A DNA stretch of 64,000 nt, taken from contig CM114271.1 of assembly GCA_050084515.1 (NCBI GenBank), positions 48,608,001 to 48,672,000 of the forward strand, written 5' to 3'. The stretch comes from Blasia pusilla (Eukaryota). Positions within the stretch are counted from its first letter, which is position 1; every line of letters starts with the position of its first letter. Below, one piece after another: positions 52,093 through 64,000 of this stretch. The position numbers and the translations under genes were made by a program. Under the pieces are notes generated by a model. It did not search any database. It was not told the DNA's origin and was given only the letters and a program-made list of their open reading frames with translations.

Positions 52093-55000
52093 TTAGACGT
52101 TCTCGCTGAAGATCATTTCCTGAACAAGGGGACAAGTACAAGAACAAACCAGTCAATCCATGCCCCACAAACAGTTTCTCAGTTAAAGTTGCGTAACATG
52201 GCAATTTCTCCAGCCACTGATCCAAAGATCATTATGACAACCAGTTTGAGTACACTTCCTCGTTTAGAGTGTGGCTTTGAGGGGGTGCTGGCTGTCAAGA
52301 TGAAGCTACATGTGATCGTGAGTCACTTGACCACATTTTATCTGGCAGGAATGACAAGCTCCAGATTTCCAATACCTTGCTAGGAGTTGAGTTCACCTCA
52401 TCCTATCTGGCAGCCTGTGTCCAGCTGCAGTTTGCTGGAACATGTTCTCTACACAGGGCCAGAAAGTACATCTCCTTTGTTTGGAAATGCCATACTCCAG
52501 GCCACTACCCAGAGGTGTAGTGACTTACAACATCACTAAACTTGACTGGATTGAAGACATGATCTAAAACCAAAATGGAACAGAAAGTTGTGAGAAGCAA
52601 ATACCTGTTTGGTTTCTTTTGAGTGAGTACCTTCTATACTTGCCGGCATGGATGAAATTGAATATTACAAAAGAGTTGCCTTTCGGCTTGAAGAGGTGTG
52701 GGTGTGATAACACTACTAGGAGCAAAATGATCAAATACCTTGTCACAGATTGGGCATCTTTTACTTCTTTCCGCCCACTCATAAATACAGCCAAGATGGA
52801 AATGATGTCCACAGGCAGTGGGTATTTTTGGATTTTCCTTCGTATACTCTGCACAGACAACAGCAAGCAGCAGATTTTGAGAACATTCAAACCATATCAG
52901 TGTTGTCAATCTCACATGGCAGGCCACAAGGATGGAGCAATTCAGCAGGCACAAATCATACAGCAATGAGTGGTAAATCAGCACATTCTCAAGAGCCTTC
53001 ATAGCCAGATTTAACTAGTATATCAGTGACTAGAACTCTCAGAAAGTCTATGCTGTCCATGCCCAGCACAGCTCTGAAGTACCATGTATTGATGACAAGA
53101 CTATGGCCTGCTCTGCTGAATTCCAAACACCGACTCTTGTTTCCTTGATTTGAAACATCTTTGCTTCAGGATCTCTGATACCATCATTCTGTATGTATCA
53201 CCTATTTAGTCAGTTTGAACCAACGTACTCAATTTCTTTTAGAAACTCTACCTGAATCTGGAATTCTGAATACTGGGAATACTGGAAACATCCATTACAA
53301 CCATGCATTTAATGTTTTCTCCAACAAATTCCTTAAGACGAAACCTTAAGTATACCTGTACAAAAAGAAAAAATATACAACCCTTTGCATCCGTCCAATT
53401 TTTCTCTAGATTTGTAAAAGAAAATATGTTCATGAATAGTGCCTTGTACTGGAATCTAAGGCTCCCACTGCTAAAGAGAGTCTCTTCTCTCACTCACTCA
53501 CTCACTCACTCACTCAACAATGGACTGAGACAAAACAGCAACTAAGGGTCCCCCTCCTTGGTTTAGAGTATGATTCCTTATAACAAGGTATTTCATTTCA
53601 TTGTAACAGGATATTTCTCTGCAATCATGCTTCGTCACTGCATTTTACATCGTGTTTTTTCTCGATGAGCATCCCTTGGGTCGTACAACTCATGGCTTTT
53701 CTGTGCTCCTGGCTATGCTATCAGCCCCCAATAATCAATGAAAACTCTTCCGCATGGACAGCCTGAACAGCATTGCCATGTTAATCGGTACAAGCCATAT
53801 GTCATTCCCTGATAAGCAATGTGGATGACTCCAAAAAGACTGACATCCACCACATCCATGATATCTTCAGTCTTTGATGCTTACAGCTTCCACCAAAAGG
53901 AATAAGTTTACAAAGATTCCACTCTCTGGATGGTGGACTGAGGATCACCAAAATTGACATTCGAAAGGAAAGGAGAACAGTGCAGACCACAAGTGCAATC
54001 TATTCTTGGATGGATGCATCTATTTCACAGGTTACAATTTCTAGAAGTGGGCTATTCAGGTACGTCTCTTGGCCAATTGGTCAGGAAAAAAATGACCAGT
54101 GTCCAGATATGGTGTAATACGTGATTGGACTGAGAATGGGCCCAAACTCAATTCCTTCCTAAAGCAGTGAGTACCAACCCAATAGTTTCAACAGAACAGT
54201 AAATGGAACACTAACCGCTGTTGCTCTTAGAAACTTCTCCCCTTAACTTGGCATTAGCTTCCTTTGACTAATGTACAAGCTGGAAGGAGACACGTTGGGG
54301 CAACCTGAGCTTCCTACCACAGCCAGCCCACAAGACTGCAGTGGAGACTTTGCTGTCTTCCTTCATTGGAAGGGGTATTTTACATTCCGGCATCCGTGCA
54401 AAACCCACTGACACTGAACGTATAGCTGCTTCTCAAGTTTTACACACTACAAAAGACCAAATCATGTGTACAGCAGAGCAAATTCTGTACACTTTGAGTA
54501 CCAACAGGCATGGCCACAACTGACTCTTGTTATCTGATGATCCAACTAAAAAAAATGTTAATAATAAGATAGAACTGGTAATTGGCATCCATCAGAGCAT
54601 TGCAATTCCAGTGAATGGAACTCAGGACAGTCATATTAGAGAGTCTTTCCCTTGAGCACCAGGCAACTTCTTAGAGGTGCCATTGCAACTCGTTTCTGCA
54701 CCTGCTCAGAAAGTGCATCACACAACACTCACGGGCATGCAGAACATCGTCTTTCAAGTTCGCATTAAGACAGAGACTTGTGTCCTCACTCACAGAGACC
54801 CAACAAACCCATTTCAATCTAAAAACATGTTCTTAGGCAACTACCTGAAATTGCTATCAAAGAAAACTCTATTGGGACACAATCACATGATTGTGTCCCA
54901 ATAGAGACAGAAATAGCACAACTTTGGATACAAGAAAAAAGGGTTCACCAACTGAAAAGAGTATAAAGGCACTTAGAGGTGCCTAATCCCAACGAGCAGA

Positions 55001-56593
55001 CGAAGTTCCCAGCCAGAAGAGCCCTTATATGTGGGACGCATGCAGAGTAAACACAACAATCAGCTGGAAAAGATTGATGGATCCAATCACCCGACCAAAC
55101 ACGTGCCATTGGCATGCCAGTAACGCCTCATCAAGAATGGCAACATCCAAAAGAGAAGAACCTTACATTCGGATGTACAAGGCTGAAATGTCCAAGTTTG
55201 GTAGGTCAGTGATTAGGAATTACCATCCAGACAAGTTGGGCAGGCATCCTCATCATCAACAAGTGAAGGCATAGGCTCAACCCTTTTTGGAGACTGGCGC
55301 TTTCCGGGTGAGTCTGGTCTATATCCCTGTGAGGGTTCATCAAAATCACCCGGGCCTGGGCCTGCACGTCTCGGCAACTGGGTCAACACCTCGCCCCCTC
55401 CATCACCACCATTACTGCTCCTTCGCAAAGGTTCAGTTTCTACACCATGCAAATGACTCATACCACTCTTGTCACGCCTTGAAACCAAACCATCACGAGG
55501 TGTGCGAAGGTATCTGGGGTCTATGTCATAGGGTAAGGGTCTCGGAGGAGCCCGAAATGTATCAGGAAGAGAACTACCTAAGGATGTTGTACCTAAGAGC
55601 CCTGCAGCTGGGGATGCCGTAGCCCCTTGACTTGCGTTTGGCGAATCCCTCCCTTCTCCACGTTCAAACCATGGCGCGTACTGAACAAACCATCCCTGTG
55701 CAGAGGCCAGTCACATAGTGAGGCTCACGAATTTTCAGTACCCAAGGACTCCGTCAGGAGTTCGATCGACACGGTGAACCAAGCCCATTGCAATTAAAAC
55801 CACAAAAGAACCTCTCTCCCTCCACACCCCGGTGAACAGTTCAGAGAGAAGCACAACGCCGATAGACTGAGGATTTCTTCCCGCTTTCCTGGATGATCTG
55901 GGATCCCAGATATCTTTTAGAAATCAAGAAATGGGCTGGGACAATATGCGATCCGAAGACCTTAAATTATCGCCAGACAGCCAAAGAGCTAGTGCACTCA
56001 CGGACGGAGCCACCCGGAGGCTCCGTCCGCACCTGATATGATTCTAGCTGATAACTTTCGGGGTTGGAAGCAAATCCTGAACCCAATTCTTTCAGAGCCG
56101 GATCGGGTCCGACGCAGGAACCGTGCCCGAATTACAAAGCGCATTAAGGCCGGAAAATGGCGAACGTTCTAGTTTTCCCAGCCCCGCAGAGTTCTGCTTC
56201 CTCGACAATTTACCCAGCGCTCAATTGAGAGAACGCCCAACCGAAGAATACGACCAACTGGATCTCGTACTATCCGAGGAAATATGGCTATCAATGTCAT
56301 GCTACACTACGCAGCCAGATAAGAATCCTGGACTGCCTCATTCTCCACTCATCACCAAGCCGTAAACGAATGTTCACGACATCATCAGAAACTCCTAACC
56401 GACCACTGACCCAAAATATCGACAGCGTGTCGTGAATGACATAATTAGATTCACTTTTCGACAAAGCTCAGACACGTACCACACGCAAACACCAGCGCGC
56501 GCAGCAACGTATGCAGACGCAGTTCTGGAAGATGGGATACGCTACGTACTCCTCCAACTCCTCTCGCCCCGGGCAACAACACAGTCCCCCCAT
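52093..56593 (-). CDS. RING-H2 (C3H2C3) E3 ubiquitin ligase, At3g02290-like, 235 aa
   Basis: Exons 56593-56480, 55680-55224, 52848-52739 and 52119-52093 total 708 nt with GT-AG introns. Protein: MGGLCCC...CVCIRCC, PDTFRAPPRPLPYD, DACPTCLDEYTKENPKIPTACGHHFHLGCIYEWAERSKRCPICDKEMIF. The N-terminus fits a myristoylation/palmitoylation pattern. Confidence 0.93.
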
Positions 56594-56599
56594 AAGGAA

Positions 56600-56648
56600 C
56601 TTGCGGTGCTAGTGAAAGTGGTGGAGGCGGTAATGTTCGCAGTTTCTC

Positions 56649-56693
<45 letters not shown>

Positions 56694-56704
56694 CCCTCTC
56701 CCTC

Positions 56705-56735
<31 letters not shown>

Positions 56736-58900
56736 CCTGGTCCTCCCACAAAAAGGGAAACTTCAGTTCCCAAAAAAGTGGTGGAAGGCACCCAGAGTAC
56801 TGAAGCCTTAGAGCTTCCGAATTGCGAGAGAGTGGTCTTTCATCATGGCAATTTCAGAGATTCTCCCGGTTGCATCGTCATGTTTGCACCCCCTCCGAGT
56901 CCTGCTGATCCCCGATTTCCTTCCCCACCAAAGCTCCTCATGACCCTCGGCGAAAGAATCTAACCACTCGCAGTGACAGTTGATTGAATTGCCATATAGA
57001 TCCTTGTTCTTCTTCAATATCAACTTCGTTAGGCCGCTGATGATGGGGCGAGTGCTGGAGGGGCTGTGGATGGAACTCTGCGTTGCAAGACCTAGGTAGT
57101 ACAGAAATATGTCTTCCATAAACAAGACCAAACCCGACCAGACCAGACCTGTTTGCTGGTAACCTAGCTCTCTACCTCCTCCAACTTCTGCGCGTTCTTC
57201 CTCGTTCCTCCGGCTGTTGGAGAATTAGTGGTGTAATCAATCAATTGCTAGAGAGAATGAATCAGAAAACAAGTCGGAGTGGCGGGGTTGCCCCGTCCAG
57301 TGCCATCGTCGCCCGCAACTACAGTGTTCCCTTGACGCTAAAGCACATGAAACCAGTCCCCGAATGTAGGATTCCGCCACAATATGCTCGCCTCCAATTA
57401 CGACCACCGAAACGCTCACAAGGTGCCCCCCACGCCCACATTAACAACACCTCCCCACCAATTGCCCATCCCACAGAGCTTCTCTCCTACTCAGCCGCTT
57501 TCACATCATCTCGTCATTTCCCCAACCAGATATAAAATTAAAATCACTCCGCTTCCTCCTCTCCTTTCCTGCTCTCCGCTTCCACTTCTAGTCCCTTGTT
57601 CGTTCTCCGCCCCTAAATTTAAAAAAATAAAAATGAAAACAACGCCACGGGCTAATTGCCCCCCGCACACATCAGGCGACGACTCTCTGATTCGTTCGAG
57701 TACGTTGTCTCTGTACCTTCTTTCCCCTTCCTCAGCACACCCTTGTCCCGCGCTCACGCCCCACTCTCTACCTCCCTTCCTGTTCCGGCCCTCGGCGGAA
57801 CTCGGACCAAGCACCACAGGTGATCTAATAACTAGTCCTGCCGCTCCCTGTGCTGTGCTGCCCGGGCCTTGTCTTGTTCTTCCGCTTCCGCGTGTGCGAG
57901 AGAATCTTAGAGAAGTAAGGAAGGAAGGAATTCTTCTTCGGTGTGTGTGTACAAGGGGGAGGGGGTGGGGGACGGACGGACGGACGGAGAGGTACGAGGT
58001 CGGGGGCGATTCACTAGTGGGCCGCTGCCGCTCTCCCGTCCACCACGCGCCACGCTAAAGCAGACCAAGGATTCCCGCGTTGCTCGCTGCTGCTCCGGCT
58101 TTGTCCCCAGCAAAGCCCGAGCCAAACAATCAATGCCAGGCCGGCGGCCGTATCTCCGCAAACAAGAGCTGCGAATTCGTCCATCCCCACAACCTCGGAG
58201 GCAACGCAGCAACGCATCGCAGATGAGCAAACCATCGACGGGTGATAGATAGATACCTCTTTCCTATTCGGGCTCGTCTACCTCCTCTTCCCCCTTCCCT
58301 CCTTATTCTCGCGTTGCTCAACAATACGACGACAAAGAACAAGTCCTTCCGCAGAAAAAGGAAGGGAGCCTGTCCTGGACCACAGGAGATGATCCTGGGT
58401 CGCTCCACATGGGGCCTGATGCAGCGTCGATTCCAGATCCACGGCGGAGCTTCATGGACAGCATGCAGCCATGGGAATGAGGACATCCGGTTTCCACCCC
58501 AGGTACGGTCGCGGTAACGGACGGGACGACCAGCCGACTTATGACGGCCTTGTACGCCCCGAGTGATCGTCGTGACTCGTGAATGCCCACCATGACTCGA
58601 GTCACTCGACCACTCCTCCCTCTCGCTGTCCCCGCGACTACTTCCGCGGCCTCTGCCATGCGTCGCCGATCCCAGCCCGATACGCCATTCACAACCCGCG
58701 CTGCTCGCCATGCTGCCCAATGAATGTCCTCCCGCCCTATGTATGCGCATGCTATGGGGCATCCTGCCTGCCATGGGCGCCTAAGTTGCTTCATGGCCAT
58801 GGTCCGAGAAGCCTATAACATGGGATGCGACAGAGCGGAAGTCTGTCCTTTCCTGCAACAGGAGGAAATCCATTCATCTGCTCCGGGCAGGATCCGTTTA
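56600..58900 (-). promoter_or_regulatory. Probable 5' UTR/promoter region of the RING-H2 gene
   Basis: GC- and CpG-rich non-repetitive sequence with (TC)n/(TATC)n at 56645-56735, directly upstream of the ATG. Limits are approximate. Confidence 0.4.
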
Positions 58901-59273
58901 CGTTTTGATGAAATTTCTTTTCAGTGTAAATACGGTGGCAAGAAAATATTTTTTATTCAAAAACAATTTGATAAAATTTTATGTAGGATATGATTAAATT
59001 TTTTTCTTTGTATGACACGGACTGTCCATTAATAAGAAAAAATAATTATATCCTTAATATGTTTGAATCAATTCTGTCTCTCATTTATATAAGATAGATA
59101 GAACAAATAAATCAAAAAATATTATTAATAAAAAATTCAATTAATTTATATTATAATAGATGATTTTTAGTGTATAATATAAAATAATGAGATAATTGAG
59201 AAAATTACAAAAAAATTGTATTTTTATCCCTTAAGTTATATTTGATGGGATAAAAAAATAAGTTTTAAATAAT

Positions 59274-60545
59274 TCTCAAAGGTGTACATTCTCTCTCATG
59301 TCAAACCAAACCCACTCTCCTAATGAGAGGTTTGGGTTACATTCACAAGACAAGGGACCATAGCTCTTCCGCCTCATGCCAAGAGGTTCAACAAAGAGAG
59401 AATGAGCTCTCAAGCTCTCTTTCCTTGAGGTATACCACTCCCCTCTCCCAAACTCTCTCCATGGTAACATATTCTCCCAAGTCACCTTCTTGGCTCTGGA
59501 CTTGATGTAGGAGGTCAAGGGTCATTTACCAAAAATAGAAGGTCGATCATATACTCAAACTGGAACTTGCCTAAAATAATTACCGCTCCTAGGAAACCTG
59601 AGAGAGCAGGTTTCCCCTTTGTTTCGGCTGTGGCGTATCGGGCTCCAAATGAGCCGAAACGAAGGGGAAACCTGCTCTCTCAGGTTTCCTAGGGCCTCAA
59701 CAGATCATCCTCGACCTACTGAGTCTCTCCTCTACTACTCACGAAGGCGTTCTACTACATCTCACCGATCTATCCTAAAAGACGTGATAGGTGTCGTGCA
59801 CATATACATCGCTACACAACATACATCGTTGTCATCGAATACACAAACACACACGATCCCATGCTAACTCATGGCATCCATACACTGAGGCAAGAAGTAC
59901 CAAAATATCTCCAATTAAAGTAAGATCCAAGCTCTCTCTACACCATCTCACACCATAGCTCTCAAAGGTGTGCACTCTCTCTCATTTCAAACAAAACCCA
60001 CTCTTCTAATGAGAGGCTTGAGTTACACTCACAAGGCAAGGGACCATAGTTCCGCTGCCTCATGCCAAGAGGTTTAACAAAAAGAGAATGAGCTCTCAAG
60101 CTCTCTCTCCTTGAGGTATACCCCTCCCCTCTCCCAATCTCTCTCCACGGTAACCTATGCTCCCAAGTACCTCCTTGGCTATTGACCTGATGTAGGAGAT
60201 CAAGGGCCACTTACCAAAAATATAAAGTGAACTATCCCCAACATGGAAACTTACCCAAAATAGTAAGTTTCTCTATATGGCTCAAAATGAGCCGAAACGA
60301 AGGGAAAACCTGCTCTCTCAGGTTTCCCGGGGCCTCAACATGTCATTCTCAAACTCTTGGGCATGTCCTCCACTACTCGTGAAGACGCTCTGCTAGATCC
60401 CACCGATCTATCATAACAGTCGTGACATCATACACATCGCTACACAACATACATTGTTGTCACCAAACACACACACAAACACGCACAATCTCATGCTAAC
60501 TCATGGCATCCAAACAAAAAGACAAGAAGTACTAAAATATCTCCA
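59274..60545 (-). repeat. Two tandem LTR copies (59274-59913 and about 59916-60545)
   Basis: Both run tctcaaaggtg...aaaatatctcca and share the catcgctacacaacatacat core with the other LTRs of the group. The PPT (reverse complement ggggggcgat) abuts 60545. Confidence 0.85.
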
Positions 60546-63500
60546 ATCGCCCCCCTAGCTGGTGGTTAGGTCCCTCTAACTCCGGATAGCCATCTATCCC
60601 TACCTACCACGACATACATCTCTAGGACGCTAAGAGCATAAAGGCCGGGTGCTCATGTGGCCCCATCGTTAGTCGCCTTCCTGTCATCCATGTCATGGAA
60701 AAGTTTGGAATCGAAATCTACCTAGTATCTCCTCTATATACGTCCGGGACACATCCATCGTCCCCGAGGAACCCTAGTGAGAGGTGGCGTCAGACATACC
60801 ATTTGCCAACCTCTCGAACATCCATCACAGACTAGCATCGTGGCTGCACTACGGGTAGAACCACACAACATACAACGCAAGCCTGCAAGAACTACGTTGA
60901 ACAACATACAACGTATGAGCCTGCATGAATAGTCGCATACCTCAACATATCACGATGTTACGCAATCGCCAAGTTCTCGAGCGCCATGGGCATCACTCTC
61001 CGAAACAACTCAACCCTCTGAGAACATGTTCGCATCCATACATCTGGGTCATCGAGGTCCAGCACCTCATCAGCATCTCGACGAATGGCCGCCGGTAAAT
61101 CTGGCTCTCGGCCATAAAGTAGCAAGTACGGTGAAAAAGACGCTAAGGATGTCTGCCTGCTGAATCTGTATCCCATCGCCAACCATGGCAACTGGAGGTC
61201 CCAATCTCCTAGGTGACCTCTCTGCAAGCCATACTTGCGTAAATCCCTCTTCACCGTCTGCATAACTCTCTCCGCTAATCCATCCGCCTCGGGATGATCT
61301 CGCAAAGTCGTGCGGTGGCCGATCACACTTGATCACACAAGGCTTGGAACTCACCGCAAAAGTCGGTACCCTGGTCTGTCAAAACCTCAGTCGGTGCGCC
61401 ATAATGACTCAGCACTATGTCAAGGAAGGCATAAGCTACTCCCTCATTTGCTTTGTCAGCAATGCAACCAACTCGATCCACTTCGAGAAGTGCTCGATCA
61501 TCACCAACACATAACGATTGTGACGCTTTGTCAAAGGCAAAGGTCCTGCAAAATCCAAACTCCATCTATATCCTATCCCAATAAGCTTGTCGGACTTCAT
61601 CAACCACTTAAGTGGTTGATGATCAGTGATGATGGTAAAGGGGTTGCCAAATAAGTTACACTTGAAATGCGTGACAGCCCACACCACGACCAAGCACTCA
61701 CCCTCATACAAGTTGTACTTCACCTCTGAAATACAGTGTTGTTCGAGCGGCTAGCGTAAGCCACCATCAACTCTCGACCCTCATCATCATGTTGGGTGAG
61801 CACCGCTCCAAGCCCCAAAATGCTCCAATCTGTGTTTAATTGGAAAGGACGCCTCCTGATCGGTCTCCTCAAGATGGGCGCCGACGTCAATCTGTCCTTG
61901 AGCAACTAAAATGCTCTCTCCAGCTCATCCCCCCAGTGCCACTCGTGATCCACCTTGGTCAGAAAGGTTAGCGGCTTTGCAATCGAACTGAATTCCTTGA
62001 CGTTCTACCAATAGAAGTTTGCCAATCCCATGAATGCGCGAACACGGCTCATATCTGTAGGGCATAAAATGCGTGAGATAGCCTTTACCTTCGTCTGCTA
62101 GACACCAAGGTCCCCTGGGTATATCGTATGACCCAAGTACTCAATCTGGTCATAGAATAACTTGCACTTGCCTGGATATAGCTTCAGCCCATGTAATTGC
62201 AATCGTCGAAACACCTCCTCTAGATGTCGATCATGCTCCTCAACCGTGGCGCTAAACTCTACGATATCATCAATATAACACCTAGCAAAATCCAGACCAA
62301 CCAATATCCTATCCATGACCCTCTGGAACTCAGCCGGGGTGTTCTTTAACCCAAATGGTAAGAACCGCCACTAGTACAAACAATCCTTCCAGTGAGGATC
62401 GATGCCCCAAAATGTCGTCTTCTGCCTGTCCTCCAATCTGATAGGTAGCTGATGGTATCCGGCTCGCAAATCAAATGAACTGAAGACCTTTGCATGACCA
62501 ATCGCATCAAAGATCTCCTCAGGGGTGGGCATGGCATACCCATCGTGTCGCGACCCTCATGACCAAACAAGTGCCAAGCGGAACATCGGAACATTAGCGG
62601 GCTCACGCTAAGATGGTTTGCGCGTTGGAGTTGTCTCAAAGAGGAGACAAGAGATGAGACGCGAGCGAGGAGTCGCGTTTCAGATGTTATGGTCGCGATT
62701 GAGAAACCTGGACCAAACACGGAATGAGACTTGAAAGAAGTCGAGTCTAGGAAGTGGGTTGCCAAAGGAAAGATCCGGATTTGGAACGCCACTAGCGTTT
62801 GAGAGTTTCCGACTGTATTTATGGCCATAACTTTTATCTCCAAGATGCGTTTGGAACAAATAAGGATGCGTTGGAAAGCCTATGGAGAGCCAATCCAAAC
62901 GCATTAAAGATCGCTCCAAACGCATAAGCAGCGGCTGAGAAACAACCCAAAAACGATTGTAAGTGGAGTCGGGTTGAGGGCCACAATGAAGGGCCCGACC
63001 CTCTTTTCCCAAAGGGGAGGGGTTATTGGAGAACCCCAGAAGTACTAGTAAGGGGGAAGGTCTCCGAGAGTGCTTGGAACCCAAACCCCACTTTGGGCGC
63101 CGCGAGGCGGCTCAAGGGCATGGAACGAACGCGAGTTTGGGGGTTGGGTTGGAAAACCTGCACCAAGTCCATTAAAGGGATTTTAGACATCCCTCTTGGA
63201 TTCCACCCCGCGACTCAATTACTTGGGTCTCGGTTCGGAACTCACCCGAGAACCGTTGAACAGTTGGGATCGCTAGGCGCGCAAGTGCCGTTTCAGATCC
63301 CTGGACTAACCAGGAAGTCTGTTCCAAGTCTTGAAGGACTTGCCATGTGTTGGAAACTAGGAACTAAGGAAGGTTGAGCTTGATGAGACGCCAAGTTGAG
63401 GACCCGGTGGGTTGGAACGCTGGTTGGCCCAGACCCGACTAACGAGAGTGCGTGTTTGGGTGCAGATCGGCGATGAGTTCGTGACCTACTGAACGTATGT

Positions 63501-64000
63501 TTCCGCAACACTAAAGATTGACATTCAAGGAGAGTAGGGGCGCGACACATCGGACTTCGTCTGCCGATTGATGGGTCGGTAATCTCCACACATCCGCCTA
63601 TCCGTCCAGTTGCCATGCACATCCTTCTTGGCGGGCATGACTATGTCAGATGCATACTCCCCATGCGACATCTCCACTAGTCTTGCTCCGACCAAGTCCT
63701 GGCTCCTACTCGGAATTAGTGCCCTCTCCATATCACTATACCTGTAGGGTCGTCGGAAGATCGGCGTATCACTCAACAACTCAATGCAGATCCTCGGTCC
63801 CTTTGGCGTACCCAAATCCTCCATTCTAAACGCAAAGCAGCTCCTATAAACCAGAGGAACTCATATATTCGGCGCCGCTCTCCTCCTATCAACTTAGGGC
63901 CCATATCTGGCTTCCAAGTCTCCATCGTGACTACGGTAGGACTCTCCTGCGCGGATATTGGTTGTTGCTATGGTGCAACCCCATTTCGAACAACGACACT
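60546..64000 (-). mobile_element. Third Gypsy copy (RT-RH-IN-PHD portion), degenerate, running off the window end
   Basis: PIFRRPYRYSDMER, RMCGDYRPIN, CYIDDIV, FQLNTDWS, WSLDFAGPLP, ADGLAERV, and a PHD remnant CMLC..MLVCDGCSRGW at about 60740-60875. An internal deletion near 61580 fuses RNase H to the integrase core. Confidence 0.9.
62546..63547. mobile_element. Solo LTR, 1002 bp (family copy 2), inserted in the RT of the third Gypsy copy
   Basis: Termini TGTCGCG...CGCGACA and a perfect TSD CATCG (62541-62545 and 63548-63552). The RT frame resumes on both sides. Confidence 0.93.

Noticed and set aside
57384-58818. Several overlapping 100-220 aa ORFs
   Set aside because: GC-rich promoter/UTR-like sequence with ORFs on both strands and no domain or splice support.
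58920-59273. AT-rich MITE candidate
   Set aside because: No clear TIR or TSD identified.

Overview
Repeat-rich eukaryotic nuclear DNA with GT-AG introns and (TC)n tracts. The gene content (a RING-H2 ligase of the plant At3g02290 type plus an intron-rich HslU) suggests a non-flowering green plant, most likely a bryophyte or lycophyte; this is inferred. Two intact host genes were found: HslU/ClpY ATPase (+, about 38.1-42.4 kb) and a RING-H2 E3 ligase (-, 52093-56593). Around them are nested, mostly decayed transposons: a hAT element, several copies of one Ty3/Gypsy group, four solo LTRs with target-site duplications, an intron-containing Helitron and a LINE. The standout is the Gypsy element at about 7.3-15.4 kb. 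Its polyprotein region carries a full set of DNMT3-like C5-cytosine methyltransferase motifs between protease and RT, and a PHD finger after integrase. Relatives that have deleted most of the methyltransferase, and unusual inverted or tandem LTR arrangements, occur elsewhere in the window. All coordinates and identities were read by eye and no searches were run.
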